Assembly: GCA_965224465.1 (NCBI GenBank)
Contig: OZ245049.1
Span: forward strand, 630,001-662,000
Origin: Flavobacteriaceae bacterium
Lineage (GTDB): Bacteria > Bacteroidota > Bacteroidia > Flavobacteriales > Flavobacteriaceae
DNA: 32,000 nucleotides
Direction of reading: 5' to 3'
Of this stretch, positions 17,551-26,449 are shown in pieces (within the stretch, counting starts at the first letter, position 1; each line of letters starts with the position of its first letter). Under the pieces are notes generated by a model. That model was not told the DNA's origin, did no database searches, and saw nothing but the letters and a program-made list of their open reading frames with translations. The translations under genes were made by a program, and so were the position numbers.

Positions 17551-17723
17551 ATTAAGTTAAAAAAAGTGTGAGTTTGCCCTGTCTGCAAAGGTAACAAATA
17601 GGTAATAGCTAAAAATACTTTTAGATTGATTATTTTTCAATAATTACCCTATATTTGCTTACAGAGAAGCAATAATGCGATAAAACAAGCTAATTATATA
17701 CCTTTATAACACTCGGTGAGAAT

Positions 17724-18045
17724 ATGAAAATAGTGAGAATGCAAAAGAAAATGTCACAAGCCGACTTAGCTAAACTTGCTGAAGTGCATCAAAAAAAACA
17801 TTTCTAAGTATGAAAAAGATGGTGTAGTACCATCTGCTTTAGTTTTAAAAGAAATTGCTCGAGCTCTTGGAGTTACTACCTGTTTTTTATTAGGTAGCCA
17901 AAGTGATACTGTAATTAAAGACGTAAAACTGCTAAACTTCTTTAAAGAAATAGACAATATGCCTGATAACCTAAAAGGTTCTTTAGTGCAGGTTATTGAA
18001 GCGTATGTACAAAACCACAAAGCTAAACAGGCTTTTGCTAAATAA
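17724..18045 (+). pseudogene. XRE-family HTH regulator interrupted by a +1 frameshift in an A8 tract
   Basis: The ATG at 17724 gives MKIVRMQKKMSQADLAKLAEVHQKKHF, then a stop. The next frame continues NISKYEKDGVVPSALVLKEIARALGVTTCFLLG... (track ORF 17776-18045). Removing one A from the run at 17791-17798 yields a canonical 106-aa HTH_3 protein. Confidence 0.7.
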
Positions 18046-18047
18046 TT

Positions 18048-18494
18048 ATGGAAAATCAAAAAAATATATTCTCAACTTTAGTTTTGGAACAAAACCCAAG
18101 TTATGTTGAAGAATTAGAAAAGAAATACAATATTCAATTACCTCCTGTATTTAAAGCTTTTTGTGAGGTTTTCGCCTTAACATCTATACAGCCATCTGAT
18201 AATCATTACTTACTTTATCAGGATAAAGAAGTTGGGTTTGAAGAATTTGAACAATCATTAGAAGAACTTATATCTGTTTATATTACACAAGGAGAGTATT
18301 ATCAAAATAACAAAATGCTCCCTATAGCTACATCAGGCATTCATTCAGGTGGAATTTGTATTGGATTAGAAGGAAAAGACCAAGATAAAATATTCGTAGA
18401 CAATGAGTCTTACAATAATAGGTTTCAACCTATTGCTTCTAATATTCTAGATTTTATAAATAAGCTTTACGAAGTGCATTTTGATAATGTTTAG
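18048..18494 (+). CDS. SUKH-1 (SMI1/KNR4) family immunity protein
   Basis: 148 aa. VEELEKKYNIQLPPVFKAFCEVF is the SMI1/KNR4 hallmark. It starts 2 nt after the XRE stop. Its stop TAG (18492-18494) overlaps the stop TAA (18491-18493, opposite strand) of the WHH toxin. Confidence 0.75.
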   Translation: MENQKNIFSTLVLEQNPSYVEELEKKYNIQLPPVFKAFCEVFALTSIQPSDNHYLLYQDKEVGFEEFEQSLEELISVYITQGEYYQNNKMLPIATSGIHSGGICIGLEGKDQDKIFVDNESYNNRFQPIASNILDFINKLYEVHFDNV

Positions 18495-19309
18495 AAACCT
18501 AAAAATTCGAATAACCCCTGTAACTTTTTTGTAATTATAGATTTACCTCCAGAATGAGGAAACCCTCCCAAATTTCCTGTATGTACTTTACTCTTAGCAG
18601 GGAATAGAGTAAATCCATCTTCAACATGATGCCAAGTGTACTTTACCCATTTATTACCTTCAAATAATTCGAACAGAGAAGATATTGGTTTCCAACGATA
18701 ATTACCACTTACTAAAAACCCGTTAGGGTCTTTAGCAGGCCAAGAACTGCCAACTTTTTCTATACCAAATTTCTTTGCCAAAGAAGCATTTGCTTGAGTA
18801 AAATCAGTACTTCCTCCTGTTAAGTTTGGTGATTCAAATTTAAATTTTCCAGCACCCGTACCATCTGTAAAATTCAAGACAGGAGAATAACCTCTTAAAT
18901 CGGGAAGTCCATTTTTATAGGTGATAGAAACAGGGACACCATCTATTGTTTTTGTTGTAGTGTAATTTAATTGACCAGCATAACCTTCTGGGTGTTTTAG
19001 AGTACCATAAAAATCATCTAATTTTTGAAGTTGAGTATTAGTCAATTTGTCCAACTTAGATAAAAATGAAGCATCAGCAACATCATCTAAACTATTTATT
19101 AGTCTTTTTGCGTTAGTTAATTCTCCTAAAGCATCTAATTTTCTTATGATATTCGCTTTCCCCACCTTGTCAGCCAAAAGTCTTTGAGAAGTCTTTGAGA
19201 TATCTTCAACTAATTCATCAGGTAGTTTTTCAGATGCAATCAAGGACTTATTAAATTCTAAAACATCATCTGCACTTCTTTTCAATGCTTTCCCTAATAA
19301 AGCGTCTCC
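18491..19309 (-). pseudogene. Polymorphic toxin B, C-terminal segment with WHH-type HNH/EndoVII nuclease tip (cut off by IS66)
   Basis: The C-terminus KYTWHHVEDGFTLFPAKSKVHTGNLGGFPHSGGKS fits the WHH nuclease toxin pattern (WHH ... H ... H.GG). The frame is open upstream of the track start (a TTG at 19285), right up to the IS66 end at 19318. Confidence 0.75.
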
Positions 19310-19396
19310 ACTTAATGGTAAGCGTACGGAGAACTACATCTTGTAAGAAGTTAAAAATAATCTAATTTTTGCATCTAAACAAAAACGAAAATATAA

Positions 19397-19750
19397 ATGT
19401 TAGGATTAGGTACAGAACACACGTATTATTATCACTTATCTGCAGTTGATATGCGAAAAGGATTTAATGGATTAAGTGGATTAGTTAGTGAGCACATGGA
19501 ACAAGAGCGAGATAGAAATAGTGTTTATGCATTTATCAATAAGCAAAAAAATAAACTAAAACTTCTTCATTGGCGACCTGGAGGATTTGTACTGTATTAT
19601 AAACGATTGGAACGAGGTATTTTTGAGCTTCCAAAATACGACATTGAAGATGGATTAGTAGTTTTGAGTTATACCCAAATGGTTATGGTTTTAGACGGAA
19701 TTAGTATTATAAATACTCAGAAAAACGAACGTTATTTAGAGGCTAAATAA
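19397..19750 (+). CDS. tnpB: IS66 Orf2 (TnpB) protein
   Basis: 117 aa. VDMRKGFNGLSGLV ... FINKQKNKLKLLHWRPGGFVLYYKRLERG is the conserved IS66 Orf2 pattern. Confidence 0.9.
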   Translation: MLGLGTEHTYYYHLSAVDMRKGFNGLSGLVSEHMEQERDRNSVYAFINKQKNKLKLLHWRPGGFVLYYKRLERGIFELPKYDIEDGLVVLSYTQMVMVLDGISIINTQKNERYLEAK

Positions 19751-19793
19751 TTCAATAAAACTGTAGGTTTTACCTGCTATTTAGTCTTGTTTT

Positions 19794-21296
19794 TTGTATA
19801 TTTATAGTGTGGAAAACAATACAATAGACATACAAAAAGAGCTGGTAATTTTAAAGATTGAACTTGAAAAAACAGCTCAAGAACTAGCTGAAATTAAGCA
19901 GCAATACGAGCAGCTTAAAAGAATGGTTTTCGGGTCTAAAAGCGAACGTTTTATCCCTGTTGACACAAATCAATTGTCGCTTTTCGGAAAAATAATAGCT
20001 GAGAAAGAAGAGGCATACAAAAAACATATTGTAATCTACGAAAGAAAACAAAAGAAGAAAGGAAAGAAAAAACCTGTTCGCTCTTCTATACCTGCGCATT
20101 TTCCGCGAGTAGAAGAGATTATAGAGCCTAAGCACATAGAAGAAGGAGCTGTAAAAATAGGAGAAGAAGTTACAGAACTTTTAGAAATAACGCCTCTTTC
20201 CGTTTTTGTAAGACGAATTGTAAGACCTAAATATGCACTTCCGGAAGAAAAAGGCGTTGTTATAGCAGAATTACCAAGCTTACCGATACCTAAAGGAAAT
20301 GCATCAGCAAGTTTATTGGCCTTTATACTTATTTCAAAATTTGTAGACCATTTACCACTTTACAGATTAATTCAAATTTTTAAACGACAAGATTTAAAAG
20401 TAAGTAAATCAACAATTGGAGGATGGGTATCTAAAAGTTCGGAGCTTATCGCTCCTTTATACGATACATTTAAGGCTCAGTTTTTAGAAAATGCCAATTA
20501 TATTCAAGCAGACGAATCTCCTATAAAGGTTTTAGATAAAGACAAGAAAAAATCAACACACAGAGGGTATATGTGGGTGTATCGAAATCCTGTTAAAAAT
20601 TTAGTTCTTTTTGAATACAATAAAGGGAGAGGAAAAGTTGTTCCAGAAGAGTTTTTTAAAGATTTCAATGGGACACTACAGTCCGATGGGTATGCTGCAT
20701 ACCAAAACTTAACAACAAAAGGAGAAATTACTCTTTTAGGTTGCATGGCTCATGCTAGGCGGTATTTTGAGAAGGCGCTGGATAATGATCCTAAAAGAGC
20801 GGATGTTGTTTTGTTGGAAATTCAAAAGCTATACAAGATAGAACGTAAAATAAAAGAACAAGAATTAACTATTGAGCAAACTAAAGCATATAGAGAAAAA
20901 CATGCATCACCTGTTTTAGACGGAATAGAAATTTATCTTACAAAAGAGCGAAAAAACGTACTGCCTAAAAGTGCCATAGGAAAAGCAATTGCTTATACTC
21001 TTAAAATATGGCAAAACCTAAAACTATACATCGATGATGGCAGGTTTGAAATAGACAACAATAATATAGAAAATGCCATAAGACCTTTAGCTATTGGCAG
21101 AAAAAATTATCTCTTTGCTGGCAGTCATGAGTCCGCACAAAACATAGCTCTATTTTATAGCTTTTTTGCTACTTGCAAAAAGAATAACGTAAACCCACAT
21201 ACGTGGCTATGTGATGTCCTTAATAGATTACCAGAACATAAGGCTAATAAACTTTCGGAGTTACTGCCTCAAAATTGGAAGCCTGTTGATAAATAA
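19794..21296 (+). CDS. tnpC: IS66-family transposase (TnpC)
   Basis: About 500 aa. It has an N-terminal coiled coil with LKRMVFGSKSERF, a central HLPLYR and ADESPIKVL, and C-terminal CMAHARRYF and IENAIRPLAIGRKNYLFAGS. All are typical IS66 TnpC blocks. The exact start is uncertain because the track start is a non-ATG codon. Confidence 0.9.
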   Translation: MYIYSVENNTIDIQKELVILKIELEKTAQELAEIKQQYEQLKRMVFGSKSERFIPVDTNQLSLFGKIIAEKEEAYKKHIVIYERKQKKKGKKKPVRSSIPAHFPRVEEIIEPKHIEEGAVKIGEEVTELLEITPLSVFVRRIVRPKYALPEEKGVVIAELPSLPIPKGNASASLLAFILISKFVDHLPLYRLIQIFKRQDLKVSKSTIGGWVSKSSELIAPLYDTFKAQFLENANYIQADESPIKVLDKDKKKSTHRGYMWVYRNPVKNLVLFEYNKGRGKVVPEEFFKDFNGTLQSDGYAAYQNLTTKGEITLLGCMAHARRYFEKALDNDPKRADVVLLEIQKLYKIERKIKEQELTIEQTKAYREKHASPVLDGIEIYLTKERKNVLPKSAIGKAIAYTLKIWQNLKLYIDDGRFEIDNNNIENAIRPLAIGRKNYLFAGSHESAQNIALFYSFFATCKKNNVNPHTWLCDVLNRLPEHKANKLSELLPQNWKPVDK

Positions 21297-21324
21297 TCAA
21301 GGGTGTACTTTACCGTACGCTTAC

Positions 21325-22481
21325 ACTTAATGATACTATTTCTAACACAAACAGATATGTCCGCATCTTTTTACACAAATCTGTGTCACAATCAGAATAT
21401 TCTAAAGCAGTCCCTAAAGTCCCACTTGAAACTTCTACAGCTCCTACAAAAATTTTTAGTGTTTCTAATTTTTTCAGTGTCTTTAGATGCCTTAGGTGAC
21501 GAAGTTTCGCCAAATTCCCAACTCCAGAAAGGGTTGAAATCACATCTATAGTTAAATAAATACCGTTTTCAACATTACTGGTATAATTTTTAGATGCAAT
21601 AGCCTGTAATATGAATAAAGGTAAAACAGGAGATTTATCTGGGAAATTAAAATTAGTATCTATTTCTAGGTAATTAATTAAATTTACAGGTTGATAAATA
21701 CCAAATTCACCTATAAGACTTTCTGTTGTAAATTTATTTGGCATAGCTCCATACATGCCATTTGTTGCACCCCCAACATATTCAGTTTCATTCTTTATAA
21801 CTTTTATCTGAGCCGCGTTCTCGTTTAAATACAACTTATAATCACTTGTATAAAATCCAACTAGTTTGGAACTTGTATATGGGATTACTTCAAGATTTTT
21901 TTCTAAATTATTTTTAACATAATTAGACTCTTTCCAAATATAATACAATGTATGGATGTAAGTGGTGAAATTATCATCTCCTCCCCAATCATCTAACTTC
22001 TCAAATATTTTTCTATAAACAGTTTTTCCTTCAATTTTTTCAGAAAACAACCCATCCAAAAATTTAGTTTCATCCTGTTTTCCAAGTCCTTCAATAATAG
22101 TTAACACCGCCTTTTCTTCGTTAACCAATCGCTCATCAACACCACAAATTAACAAGCCTTTTAATGCATTCCATAACTGTTTATTATTAAACGTATTGGC
22201 AATATGAAAATTTGGGATTTCTGCAAAGTACAAATCGATGTCCCCACAATCAGGTAAGTTATCTGTAATGTAAGGAAGGTATTTTTTATCTAACCAAGAA
22301 ATAATATTCTTAGATACTTTTGTTCTTGAAATACTAGAACCAATAATTACTACTTTATCAAGGTCTATAATATTATCTTTTACATAATCCTCATATGTCA
22401 TGTCGGAGGGGATACCTAACATCTCCTTTGCATCCTCTTCTGTTGCAATATCTTCTTCCTCGATTTCGATATTATCTAAAG
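21325..22481 (-). pseudogene. Polymorphic toxin B, middle segment between the two IS elements
   Basis: The frame of track ORF 21310-22422 is open upstream to 22530 with no start codon (…NITLDNIEIEEEDIATEEDAKEMLGIPSD…), so it is an internal fragment. Its last 7 codons (VSVR*) are read from the IS66 end. Confidence 0.65.
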
Positions 22482-23507
22482 TAATATTATATGCTTGTCC
22501 GCTAGTTTCCCTAATATTTTTGTTGTATTTTCATAAAACATAAATAATCGATATGAGATTAATTGAATTTAGTGAGCACTACCCAGATGAAGCCAGTTGT
22601 AAAGCAGCATTTAAGTCCTATCGCGAAAAAGAAGGGGTTAAGTGTAAAAAGTGTGGAGGAACTACTCATTATTGGAAAAAGAAACGAGAACAGTGGGAAT
22701 GTAAAAACTGTACTCACAGAACAACGTTGAAAAGCGGTACTGTTATGCAAAGCAGTAAATTACCTTTTAAGTATTGGTTTATAGCTATGCATTTAATAAC
22801 AAGCACAAAAAAATCATTTTCGGCTAAAGAGATTCAACGTCAGATAGGTCATAAAAGATATGAGCCTATTTGGGCAATGGTTCATAAGTTAAGATGCGTT
22901 ATGGGGTTAAGAGACGATGAATATCAGCTTAGTGATGAGGTTGAATTGGATGATGGGTTTTTTGAAACCGTTTCAATAACAAGAGATAAAACAGCACCTT
23001 TAAAAAGGGGGCGAGGAAGTCAAAGACAATCAATAGTATTAGTAAGTATAGAGTCTAAACTAGAATCAGAACACTATAACAGCAAGAAACACAGGGTGAA
23101 TAAGAGAGTGAAATTCCTAAAGATGAAAGTAATCAGTTCTTTAAAGAAAGAAGAGGTAGCTCAAACTGTAAATCAAATGGTTGAAGGAGGTAGCAAAATA
23201 ATTTCCGATGGATCAAATAGCTTTAATGACTTGACTAAGGATTTTGAACTAGTCTCTAATGTTGTGCCAAAGAAAAATATCAATTCTATTTTACCTTGGG
23301 TTCACAAAGCAATTAGTAACGCCAAAAGGCTATTACTGGATGTCCATCATAGAATAGATGATGATTTTCTTCAAAATTACTTGAACGAGTACTGCTACAA
23401 ATTCAATAGGAGAACATTTAATAACTTATTCGACAGGCTTATGATTGCAGCGGTATCATATAGATGGAATTATCTTGGGGAAGTTAACGGATAAGCATAT
23501 AATATTA
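22482..23507 (+). mobile_element. IS1595-family insertion sequence (1,026 bp)
   Basis: The terminal inverted repeats are TAATATTATATGCTTGTCCGCTA (from 22482) and TAACGGATAAGCATATAATATTA (ending 23507), matching at about 21 of 23 positions. It holds a single transposase ORF. I could not find a target-site duplication. Confidence 0.75.
22553..23494 (+). CDS. IS1595-family (ISXO2-like) transposase with N-terminal zinc ribbon
   Basis: 313 aa. It has the zinc-ribbon cysteines CKKCGG ... CKNCTH and a DDE-type body. The C-terminal NYLNEYCYKFNRR is typical of IS1595/ISXO2-like transposases. Confidence 0.85.
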   Translation: MRLIEFSEHYPDEASCKAAFKSYREKEGVKCKKCGGTTHYWKKKREQWECKNCTHRTTLKSGTVMQSSKLPFKYWFIAMHLITSTKKSFSAKEIQRQIGHKRYEPIWAMVHKLRCVMGLRDDEYQLSDEVELDDGFFETVSITRDKTAPLKRGRGSQRQSIVLVSIESKLESEHYNSKKHRVNKRVKFLKMKVISSLKKEEVAQTVNQMVEGGSKIISDGSNSFNDLTKDFELVSNVVPKKNINSILPWVHKAISNAKRLLLDVHHRIDDDFLQNYLNEYCYKFNRRTFNNLFDRLMIAAVSYRWNYLGEVNG

Positions 23508-25291
23508 TCACCATTTATCCCTAGTGTTTTACAAAAATTTTCTATATCATCGTGATGGTCAAATTGAAATACAAATTTATTACCCAACCCATCGGATAAT
23601 TCAAGTTTATAGAATATATCAAAAACATTGAACAGAAATAAAAACCTACTCTTCTTTACTTTTAAAGACTCTGATTTATTATCTATACTAATTTGTGCTA
23701 TATTTCCACTAGGTTGCTGGACAAGATTAAAATTTAAACCTGTACTCTCAAATATATGATGATAATAACCACGAAGATTACATGGAATAGAACCATTTAC
23801 TTTAGAAGAACTACATTTTTTAATTTGATCTTTCCATTCTAGATTAGTTTTTTCTCCTGCATAAGTTTTTTTAATATGGTTCAGAATCCGATCCATTTGT
23901 TCCTTTTTATAAGAACTTGAAATACTTTCCCCTTCACCATCCCCATCAAAAATCCCAATCCTCAATTTCGGATTGTGTATGGCTTTCCAATGTACATAAG
24001 GTAAATGCTCTCCATTGTTATAATCTAGTAACCAATTGGTACTTCCTGTAGCATATTTATAACTATGAGAAGAAAACGGGTGTTTTAGTTGGAATGCACC
24101 GTGGGCGAGTTCGTGTGCTACGGTTATCCCCCCAGCCCCAAAAGGGGGAGAATTTGCGGTAAAAATATAACCGAATTGTCTGCCTAGTGGCATGAGTCCT
24201 TTTTCTCCTGCGGAGCTTGGCTGTTTGTCTGTTAAGATTAAATAATAAGCTTCAGGGTTAAAGTTACCATGCTCTTTTAATGCCTTATTTATACTACGCT
24301 GTTGCTCCGTGTATTGCGCTGCAAAGCCACTTTCTCCACTTTTTATAGTGCCGTCTGGTGTTAGACTGTTTAGGGTCGCTGTAAAATCGTTAATTACAGA
24401 AATATTTAGACTAACTGCTGCTTGTTGGTAAATAGCTTTTAGTTTTTTTGTAATGGCACTTGTATTCGCATTTGAAGTATTTACCAATACTACGACCACT
24501 TCCTTTATGGCAATTTGGTATTGCATAAAAGCCCCTGCTATTTGGTATTTATCGCCTTGTTTTACTAAGGCTTGGGTTTCTATATCGGCATCGCTTAGCG
24601 TTCCTTTTAATTTTAAGGTGTAAGAAGTACTAGTACTATCTACTTTTTTCAGTCCTACACCATCTTTGGTTTTAAAAATAATGTCTTGAGGTTTTATACT
24701 ATCGTTGGTAATTTTAAAATTGGCAACAATAAATTCTATCGTTCCTTTAGCTACCGCTTTGTAAGGCATGTAATAAGCTGTTCCTAACTTTTTGTACAAG
24801 TCCTTGGTTTGTGGCTGGCTTGAGTTGTAGGCGTCGAATCCAGTAGGCAGTGTTGCAGTAGGCAGTTGGGTGAACGTTACGGTGACACCTTGTGCGGTGA
24901 TGTTGATGGCTTCTCCTTTGCTGTTTACGCCTGTGGTGTTTTCCACAGTGGTAGTACCGCCTTCGGCTTGTGGACCTAATTCGGTTACATTTCCTTGTTC
25001 GTCTACATGGTGTTTTTTTGGTAGTACTGGTGGTTTTGCTTTGGAATCTCCGCTATCGGTTATTATATAGTCCTCTCCTCCAGATAATTCTACAATAGGT
25101 GCACCGCCTTTTCCTACTAATAATATATCTCCGTTGCTTGGGTCTACTAGGATTTCTGCTATTTGGAAGTTCACCTGTTTTACTACATACGTTCCCTGCT
25201 GTTTTTGGATAGGGTTCTGCTGTGCTACTGCTATTTGAAAAAAGCAGGAACATAGGAATAGTAGGATTGTATGTAGGTTTTTATGTGGCAA
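23508..25291 (-). pseudogene. Polymorphic toxin B, N-terminal segment (signal peptide + HExxH zincin-like region), cut off by IS1595
   Basis: The TTG start gives MPHKNLHTILLFLCSCFFQIAVAQQ (signal peptide), and the segment contains ITVAHELAHGAFQLKH. Region 23927-25156 is about 95-98% identical to 30771-32000. The last 12 codons of the track ORF (…LSVNFPKIIPSI*) are IS1595 sequence. Confidence 0.75.
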
Positions 25292-25331
25292 TATTTAGTT
25301 GTTTATCATTTTTTTTTGTTCTATTTGCATC

Positions 25332-25363
25332 GCCGCTAAGTCGGGAGACTTTGCGCAGCGGGT
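25332..25363 (+). repeat. REP-like hairpin, family 1
   Basis: gccgctaagtcgggagactttgcgcagcggg lies between the start of toxin B and the stop of the beta-propeller gene. Confidence 0.75.
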
Positions 25364-25432
25364 TTTTATAATTCCTAATAATTCATCCGTTAAGCCTAGT
25401 TTATCTTTTACTGCTTTTGGTAACTTTCTAGT

Positions 25433-26449
25433 TTAAACTACAATGTTATTTTCTTCTTTTTCAAAAATATGGAGAGTGTTATCTTGGGTCTGAATATAAA
25501 TGCGATTAGCATTCACATGAATACTCCCAATACCTCCATTTTCTGGTATAAATTCATGTTTAAAAACTAGGTTTTTAGAATTCATATCTAAAACCCCAAC
25601 TTTTGATTTATTATCTCCTAGTGTTTGTGTAAAATAGAAACAATCGTTTTTTACTGCACATCTATGGTCATGAATAGAATCAAAACCATTTTCTTTAATA
25701 AGGATATTAACATCCCATTCTTCTATTTCATTAGTAATAACATTGACTTTACATAAGATATTTTCAAATTTTGTGGTATAGATAAAATTGTTGTCTTTAA
25801 AAATACTAAATCCAAATCCATTATGCTTATATAGAACCTTTCCCGAATGCGCATCTAAACAAAATAAAGCGCCTTGCTCGTCTCCTGATACTGTAAAATA
25901 AATTTTATCAGATAATTCCAATATTTTACTACTTAAATAGGCTTTTTCTGAGTTAATTAAATCAGAAAAATCGTGTTTCCAAGTTACACCCCTTGATTCA
26001 AAGCTATTAAACACGATTAAACCAGTATTATATCTGGAATCACCCGCTTGTACAACACCATAATTAGTAAATAATTTTTGTCCTCCATTTTGAAGGATAG
26101 GGATCTCTATAATTTTATCTGATTTAAAGATAATTTTATCACTTTCTTCTAATGATACGTAGGCACTGAATTGAGAATTTATCTTATAATAAAATCTTCC
26201 ATCTTTTATTTCATCTACAATTCCATTAAAAGAATGAAAATATGTCTTTTTATCTTGGAAGTAATATATTCCATTTTCATATTTCCCTACGTTATTAGTT
26301 CCTTTTAACAATTCAAGTGTAAGAAGTTTTTTATAACATGGATAAAACTGATAAACATCTAAAAATTGTTTATCTCTTTTAATACAAATTATTTCACTGT
26401 CCTTATAAAGAACTCCACCTAATATTTTATTAATTATGTAATTCATCAT
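25433..26449 (-). CDS. Beta-propeller-like (PQQ-like repeat) putative immunity protein of the orphan toxin tip
   Basis: 338 aa. It shows recurrent blades of the form h-Y-F/I-x-T/S-x-D/G ... G-K/N-x-h-a-K/W (IYFTVSGDEQGALFCLDAHSGKVLYKH; CFYFTQTLGDNKSKVGVLDMNSKNLVFKH; RIYIQTQDNTLHIFE). Its ATG overlaps the orphan toxin stop (ATGA at 26446-26449). Confidence 0.55.
   Translation of the reverse strand: MMNYIINKILGGVLYKDSEIICIKRDKQFLDVYQFYPCYKKLLTLELLKGTNNVGKYENGIYYFQDKKTYFHSFNGIVDEIKDGRFYYKINSQFSAYVSLEESDKIIFKSDKIIEIPILQNGGQKLFTNYGVVQAGDSRYNTGLIVFNSFESRGVTWKHDFSDLINSEKAYLSSKILELSDKIYFTVSGDEQGALFCLDAHSGKVLYKHNGFGFSIFKDNNFIYTTKFENILCKVNVITNEIEEWDVNILIKENGFDSIHDHRCAVKNDCFYFTQTLGDNKSKVGVLDMNSKNLVFKHEFIPENGGIGSIHVNANRIYIQTQDNTLHIFEKEENNIVV

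Larger units (their letters stand above)
19318..21324 (+). mobile_element. IS66-family insertion sequence (2,007 bp, tnpB + tnpC, no tnpA)
   Basis: The ends are GTAAGCGTACGG at 19318-19329 and CCGTACGCTTAC at 21313-21324, 12 bp perfect and then imperfect to about 26 bp. The element is flanked by the 8-bp direct repeat ACTTAATG (19310-19317 and 21325-21332). Confidence 0.9.

Noticed and set aside
17596-17656. Imperfect inverted repeat AAATAGGTAAT / ATTACCCTATATT upstream of the XRE gene as an operator
   Set aside because: It needs a 1-nt gap to align and is short and AT-rich, so it is not distinguishable from chance without binding data.
17766-18059. 97-aa minus-strand ORF opposite the XRE gene
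   Set aside because: It is antisense to an ORF with a clear HTH_3 pattern and has no motifs of its own.
19884-22750. Track ORFs 19884-20135, 20504-20746, 21303-21551 and 22559-22750
   Set aside because: They are antisense to the IS66 transposase, the toxin B middle fragment or the IS1595 transposase. Their composition is typical of spurious ORFs.
23456-23507. C-terminal 12 residues of the 611-aa track ORF (LSVNFPKIIPSI) as native toxin sequence
   Set aside because: These codons lie inside the IS1595 right end and overlap the transposase gene, so they are read-through into the IS.
24870-25253. Track ORFs 24870-25070 (plus) and 25053-25253 (minus, alternative frame); likewise 31714-31914, 26927-27154 and 29282-29464
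   Set aside because: They overlap the conserved toxin reading frame. ORFs 24870-25070 and 31714-31914 are conserved only because the underlying toxin DNA is duplicated.
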